Source of the DNA: Patescibacteria group bacterium
Lineage (GTDB): Bacteria > Patescibacteriota > Microgenomatia > Levybacterales > UBA12049
Direction: 5' to 3'
Length of the DNA stretch: 32,198 nt
Assembly (NCBI GenBank): GCA_038061125.1
Contig: JBBTZX010000049.1
Location: 1 to 32,198, forward strand
The notes below the pieces were generated by a model. That model saw only the letters and a list, made by a program, of their open reading frames with translations. It was not told the DNA's origin and made no database searches. A program made the position numbers and the translations under genes. Positions within the stretch are counted from its first letter, which is position 1, and the number at the start of each line of letters is the position of its first letter. Shown one piece after another: positions 25,903 to 32,198 of this stretch.

Positions 25903-26627
25903 GGATTGTAGATGACTTTTAAGTCTATCTCTTTTTTGTTCCCTGCTTGATCGGTTGCCACAATTTTAATAGGATTTTCTCCGTTCTTAAGGGGTAAGCT
26001 GTAAGAGAAATTGTTACTTTCATCAACTATTACCCAGAGATCATTAACTGTAACTTTTACATCACTGTCGGTCTTTCCTTTTACCTGCGTAGCATTTTGG
26101 TCTTTGGAAAATACTTGTCCGTCGGATGGGGAGTCTACAGTAAGAGAAGGAATAGCGCTTTTGAAAACAACGGTTTGCGTTTCGGAAAAACCACTAGTTT
26201 TGTCATCAAGAACTGCGTTTGTTTTGATTGCATTGTTTCCCGGAATTAAAGACTCGGCAAAAGTAAAACTTCCGTCTGATTTTGCCTGTATTTTATCTAT
26301 TAAAGAGTTATTTATATATAAATTTATAATTTGATTAGGCGAAGAATTTCCGGAAATTATTATATTTGCGCTATTTGTTGCGGATAATAGTGGATTTATA
26401 ATCGGAGGTGAAATAAATTGAATTGAATTGTTTTGCGTAGGTTCCTGAGACGATTTGGATCCAGATAAGAATAATGTTAGGTTAACCATAAGCGGAAGTC
26501 CGAATTTAATGACAATAAACATTACGATTGCTATTCCAGCCAAACTTAAAAACAAGTTTCTTCGAATTCTTGTTTCTTTTAGGTTTGACAATCTAGATCT
26601 GTTTCTGTTCATTCTTGCCATAATCAC
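25899..26627 (-). CDS. N-terminally membrane-anchored surface protein with two Ig-like (bacterial Ig fold) modules
   Basis: A basic N-terminus and TM (LFLSLAGIAIVMFIVIKFGLPLMV) are followed by two modules of the form G.....I.LY/VTVN.....(S)DG/NNF.....L..G.N.I...A.D.AGN. The track start is a GTG at 26627; ATGs at 26621 or 26612 are equally possible. Confidence 0.6.
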   Translation of the reverse strand: MIMARMNRNRSRLSNLKETRIRRNLFLSLAGIAIVMFIVIKFGLPLMVNLTLFLSGSKSSQEPTQNNSIQFISPPIINPLLSATNSANIIISGNSSPNQIINLYINNSLIDKIQAKSDGSFTFAESLIPGNNAIKTNAVLDDKTSGFSETQTVVFKSAIPSLTVDSPSDGQVFSKDQNATQVKGKTDSDVKVTVNDLWVIVDESNNFSYSLPLKNGENPIKIVATDQAGNKKEIDLKVIYNP

Positions 26628-26642
26628 AGATAGAATATGCAG

Positions 26643-26715
26643 AGCCGAAGGAGGGAGTCGAACCCTCGACTTACTCTTTACGAAAGAGTTACTCTACCAA
26701 CTGAGTTACTTCGGC
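26643..26715 (-). tRNA. tRNA-Thr (anticodon CGT)
   Basis: The reverse complement folds as acceptor GCCGAAG/CTTCGGC, D arm ACTC-AGTTGGTA-GAGT, anticodon arm ACTCT-TTCGTAA-AGAGT, variable loop AAGTC, T arm GAGGG-TTCGACT-CCCTC, discriminator T. CCA is not encoded. Confidence 0.9.
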
Positions 26716-26729
26716 ATTTTATCATTATT

Positions 26730-26758
26730 ATTGTATGAAATTGTGCGGTAAAGAGCAA
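26730..26758 (-). promoter_or_regulatory. Putative sigma70-type promoter for tRNA-Thr (TTGCTC-17-TACAAT)
   Basis: The minus strand reads TTGCTC (26758-26753), a 17 nt spacer, TACAAT (26735-26730), then 14 nt to the tRNA 5' end. It sits just downstream of the pyrE stop. Confidence 0.45.
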
Positions 26759-26764
26759 CCTTTT

Positions 26765-27397
26765 CTAACTTTTCTTCTTCGATTCTAAATATTTTTTACC
26801 GTGCCCAACAGAAGTATTTATGGGAATTTGCTTTTTACATAGAATACAGTCGTTTTCTTCATACGCTACAACAGGCAGAGTTCCAAGGGATTTAAATTTT
26901 ACAGTTAAGAATTTTTCGTTAACTTCTTTTGGATTTCTATTTACCATAACTCCAACTCCAACAACTTTGCCCCCTGCTTTTCTTACGCTGTCGATAACTT
27001 TTTTGACAGATCCTCCTGTTGTAGTCAAATCTTCTATCACGAGAACTTTTTTCCCCTTAATCAATTTGTCGTAACCCCTTGTAAATATTTGATTTTTGTC
27101 TATTGTCTTTTCCGTATAAACGCTCAGAATTTCTTTTTTCTTTAGTTTGGAAAGATGGTACGATGTCCATTGAGAGAGAATAATGCCTCCTAAGGCGGGG
27201 GCAGCCACGACATCTATTTGAAGATTTTTGAATTTTTCGGCAAAGAGTTTCCCAACCATTGAAGCTTCTTTTGTATGAATATATATTGCGTCTTTGTTTA
27301 TGTAAATCGGGGAATGTTTTCCTGATGTTAAGACAAAGTGATCGTTGTCAATTAGAGCTTTAGTTTTTTTGAGAATGCTAAAGATATTTCTTTTCAT
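26765..27397 (-). CDS. pyrE: Orotate phosphoribosyltransferase
   Basis: FVLTSGKHSPIYINKD and the PRPP-binding motif VLVIEDLTTTGGSV. 210 aa. The ATG overlaps the pyrF stop (ATGA). Confidence 0.85.
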   Translation of the reverse strand: MKRNIFSILKKTKALIDNDHFVLTSGKHSPIYINKDAIYIHTKEASMVGKLFAEKFKNLQIDVVAAPALGGIILSQWTSYHLSKLKKKEILSVYTEKTIDKNQIFTRGYDKLIKGKKVLVIEDLTTTGGSVKKVIDSVRKAGGKVVGVGVMVNRNPKEVNEKFLTVKFKSLGTLPVVAYEENDCILCKKQIPINTSVGHGKKYLESKKKS

Positions 27398-28191
27398 CTA
27401 TATTTATTTATATTGTTTCTTAATTGCAATGCGGCTGTTCTCGGGTTTTCTGAAAAGATTATCCCACGAGAGGAATTTATTATCAAGCCCGATTTGTTTT
27501 TCGTAAGACCTGCTTCTAAAGTTTTTTCCAGGCTTCCTCCCTGAACCCCAATTCCCGGAATTAAGAAGAACATATCTTTTGCAAGAGCACGCACTTTTTT
27601 TAATTGTTGCGGCCACGTTGCTCCTACGACCATCAGGCAATTCCCGTAGGTTTTGTTCCAAACAACTACTTTTTTAGCAACCTCTATATAAAGAGGAGTT
27701 TTATTTATTTTCAAATCTTGAAAATCCGAGGCCCCAGGATTTGATGTTCGGCAAAGGATAATAATGCCTTTATTTTTATAATTCAAGAATGGTTCAATAG
27801 CATCAAAACCCAGATAGGGATTAACGGTTATGGCATCAAAACTGAAGTAATCAAAAAGAGATTTAGCGTATTGTTGGGACGTGGATCCGATATCCGCTCT
27901 TTTAGCGTCACAAATAATAGGGATGTATGGGTATTTTTTGTTAATATATTCAACTGTCCTTTTTAAGCTTTTGAGTCCCTCAATTCCTTTCGCTTCATAA
28001 TATGCAATTTGGGGTTTATATGCACAAACTAAGTCCGATGTTTGATCAATTATAAATTTATTGAACTCAAATACAGGATCGTTTTTCTTTAAAAAGGTTT
28101 TTGGAAGTTTTTCTAAATCGCTGTCTAAACCGACACACAGAAGAGAATTGTTTTTCCTTATCGCTTTTTCAAGTTTTTGTATAAAATTCAT
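27394..28191 (-). CDS. pyrF: Orotidine 5'-phosphate decarboxylase (long, type 2 form)
   Basis: LCVGLDSDLEKLP, ICDAKRADIGST and FLIPGIGVQGG motifs. The track start is 28206. The ATG at 28191 (MNFIQKLEKAI) is preferred because GGAGG lies 5 nt upstream and it overlaps the pyrD stop as ATGA. Confidence 0.85.
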   Translation of the reverse strand: MNFIQKLEKAIRKNNSLLCVGLDSDLEKLPKTFLKKNDPVFEFNKFIIDQTSDLVCAYKPQIAYYEAKGIEGLKSLKRTVEYINKKYPYIPIICDAKRADIGSTSQQYAKSLFDYFSFDAITVNPYLGFDAIEPFLNYKNKGIIILCRTSNPGASDFQDLKINKTPLYIEVAKKVVVWNKTYGNCLMVVGATWPQQLKKVRALAKDMFFLIPGIGVQGGSLEKTLEAGLTKNKSGLIINSSRGIIFSENPRTAALQLRNNINKYR

Positions 28192-29255
28192 TTTTCCTCC
28201 TTCCAAATCTCATAAGCCAGATACGGGTTCCACATTGCTCCTGTTGCGGATTGTACCAGATCTGCTCCTGCTTTTCGATAATCAAGAAAATCCCCCGGTG
28301 TCATAACTCCGCCTATTCCTACAATTTCATATTTATATTTATTTTCTTTCTTTATTTTTTTTAGTTTTTTGACCATTTCAATTCCCGCCCATTTAATAGC
28401 ACTGCCGCAAACTCCGCTTTTTAGTCTATTTTTCCCAGGCAATGCTTGATTGCCGTTTTTGTCGACAATTTCGACCTGCAGAGTGTTTATCGCAGCTATT
28501 GCGTTGGCATATTTATCGGCAATTCTGGCAATTTCTCCTAGATCCTTTTTGTTTTTGTAATATCCTACTTTAAGAATTAGCGGGGTGTTGCCAATAGCTT
28601 TTCTTATTGCCTTGCATACCTTTTCGGTAACGCTTAAGTTATAACAGACAAGTCCTTCGTTTCCGATGTTTGGACAGGAAAGATTTGCCTCGATTACTCT
28701 TGCTCCTGTTTCTTTCGCAAGTTTTGCCGCAAGAACGAAATCATTTATAAATTCTTCTTGGGTTTGGTTTGGTTTTACCGTGCCCATAAAACTTAATATT
28801 AATAGCTGTCCGTTTCTTTCATATTTCATTGCTTTTCGTACATCTTTTTGCCAAATAGCGGGTTTTTTCGACGGAACACCAAAAGAATTAGTGATTGTTA
28901 ATTGTTTTCCGTTTGTCTCATCCTGCGTAATAAGTCTTGGTGTTTTAAGAGGGAACAGTTTTTTCGGTGCTTTTACATATGTTACATTTGGATAAGGATG
29001 GCAAGGAAAAGAATCGCTTCTTACGGTTTTGTATGTTGAAACTGAAAAACCGAAATCAAAAGCTGCTTTTATAAATTTACTATTTAATAATGGACCTGCG
29101 GGAATTCCAAAGGGAATATTGATAGGGAATCCCAGAAAAGAATATTTAGTTTTTGTTTTGGAAATTAACGGCTTCTTTAGCTGATTGATTTTAATTGGCC
29201 CAAGTTTGTAATTATCTTCATAGGCTTTGTGGATATCATATAAAAGCGAATGCAT
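28188..29255 (-). CDS. pyrD: Dihydroorotate dehydrogenase-like flavoenzyme, class 1-type (Cys active-site loop)
   Basis: The NLSCPNIGNEG loop (class 1 enzymes carry Cys here, class 2 carry Ser), FGIPAGP, and GIGGVMTPGDFLDYRKAGADLVQSATGAM. At 355 aa it has an N-terminal extension relative to typical class 1A enzymes. Confidence 0.75.
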   Translation of the reverse strand: MHSLLYDIHKAYEDNYKLGPIKINQLKKPLISKTKTKYSFLGFPINIPFGIPAGPLLNSKFIKAAFDFGFSVSTYKTVRSDSFPCHPYPNVTYVKAPKKLFPLKTPRLITQDETNGKQLTITNSFGVPSKKPAIWQKDVRKAMKYERNGQLLILSFMGTVKPNQTQEEFINDFVLAAKLAKETGARVIEANLSCPNIGNEGLVCYNLSVTEKVCKAIRKAIGNTPLILKVGYYKNKKDLGEIARIADKYANAIAAINTLQVEIVDKNGNQALPGKNRLKSGVCGSAIKWAGIEMVKKLKKIKKENKYKYEIVGIGGVMTPGDFLDYRKAGADLVQSATGAMWNPYLAYEIWKEEK

Positions 29256-29256
29256 A

Positions 29257-29669
29257 CTACGATAGTCTTTTTCTATACTTGGTGGCGACTCTTAATTCCA
29301 GAATGGCTTTTCTAAGTTCTGCTTCTGCCACCTTAAAGTCTTTTTCCGTGGCTTTTTCTTTCATTAAGCGTTCTGCTCTTTCCTGTGCTTCTTTAGCTTT
29401 GGCTACTTCAATGTCACCGGCTTTTATAGCATAATCTGCCAAAATAGTTATTCCGTTTTTATTTACGTCTAGAAAGCCTCCGGTTATCGCAATTGATTCT
29501 GTTTTCTCACCACGCTTTATGATTAATTCCCCGGGAATAATTTGCGAGAGTAAATTTACATGATGGGGAAGTACTGCAATTTCGCCATTAACAGTAGGGA
29601 TGATAATTTCATCAACCTCGTCTTTGTAAACGACTTTTTCCGGTGTAATTATCTCAAGATGAAGACTCA

Positions 29670-29670
<1 letters not shown>
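29257..29670 (-). CDS. atpC: F-type ATP synthase epsilon subunit
   Basis: 137 aa. LEIITPEKVVYKDEVDEIIIPTVNGEIAVLPHHVNLLSQIIPGEL plus a C-terminal helical hairpin. Positioned after atpD. Confidence 0.9.
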
Positions 29671-31929
<2,259 letters not shown>

Positions 31930-31934
31930 ATTTT

Positions 31935-32198
31935 TTACGCGTTAAAAGTTTTTTTAAAGTCCGTGATCGATCTTTGTATTTCTTTAATGGTTAGTTCTGA
32001 TGGTTTTTGTCCTGTTGAAAGCAATTCTATTATTTTTGGATAGCTTCTTTTTACGAAATCATGATATTCTGTTTCAAATTTTTCGAAAAGTTCAAGCTTT
32101 ATGTCGTCCAGATATCCATTTGCAACTGCAAAAATGCTTAATATTTCTAAACTTTCTTCAAGAGGATGGAATTGTGGCTGTTTCAGAATTTCGATTGT
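31935..32198 (-). CDS. atpA: F-type ATP synthase alpha subunit, C-terminal 87 codons; continues past the right edge
   Basis: Not in the ORF track. Hand translation gives TIEILKQPQFHPLEESLEILSIFAVANGYLDDIKLELFEKFETEYHDFVK...TFNA*, with the stop TAA at 31937-31935. This matches the alpha C-terminal helical domain, and the position upstream of atpG fits. Confidence 0.8.
   Translation of the reverse strand, partial: TIEILKQPQFHPLEESLEILSIFAVANGYLDDIKLELFEKFETEYHDFVKRSYPKIIELLSTGQKPSELTIKEIQRSITDFKKTFNA

Noticed and set aside
3318-26715. Idea that the glycan locus is a tRNA-integrated genomic island or mobile element
   Set aside because: No integrase, recombinase, transposase or phage gene is present. 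I found no direct repeat of either tRNA 3' half at the opposite boundary. Both tRNAs are complete and point inward. tRNA bracketing alone is insufficient evidence.
26716-26724. TGaTAAAAT extended -10-like motif immediately abutting the tRNA-Thr 5' end
   Set aside because: The hexamer ends at the base before the mature tRNA 5' end, so transcription would start inside the tRNA. The upstream TTGCTC-17-TACAAT is a geometrically sensible promoter instead.
27404-27661. 85-aa ORF on the same strand inside pyrF, plus other nested ORFs in the right-hand genes (for example 26820-27074, 28061-28306, 28666-28995, 29195-29434, 30319-30534, 30553-31008, 31538-31729)
   Set aside because: All are nested within strongly supported pyr/atp CDSs in other frames or on the other strand, and they lack motifs. 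They are treated as spurious.

Overview
AT-rich, very tightly packed bacterial window. Many start and stop codons overlap as ATGA, TGA is used as a stop, and Shine-Dalgarno sequences are rare. This style fits a small-genome, CPR/Patescibacteria-like organism, but that taxonomic call is inference only. Housekeeping genes sit at both ends. On the left are a partial SEDS RodA/FtsW gene and ileS. On the right is one uninterrupted minus-strand string, atpA(partial)-atpG-atpD-atpC-pyrD-pyrF-pyrE. Between them (about 3391-26627) lies a roughly 23 kb cell-surface glycan locus bracketed by two inward-facing tRNA genes, tRNA-Val(CAC) and tRNA-Thr(CGT). Each tRNA almost abuts the first CDS it faces. The locus holds six polytopic GT-C-like membrane proteins, one of them fused to a GT2 domain, plus a Wzy_C/O-antigen-ligase-like protein and a MOP flippase. 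It also holds three stand-alone GT2 genes, two GT4 genes, four SAM methyltransferases (two are zinc-ribbon C-methyltransferase paralogs) and a membrane-anchored Ig-like surface protein. A GT2 unit sits directly upstream of a GT-C unit four times. No priming phosphoglycosyltransferase, chain-length regulator or NDP-sugar pathway gene is visible. The locus therefore looks like a multi-module, lipid-phosphate-sugar-dependent extracytoplasmic glycosylation and methylation system, not a canonical O-antigen or capsule cluster. No CRISPR array, transposase, integrase or recognisable defence system was seen. All family calls rest on motifs read by eye from the translations; no searches were run.
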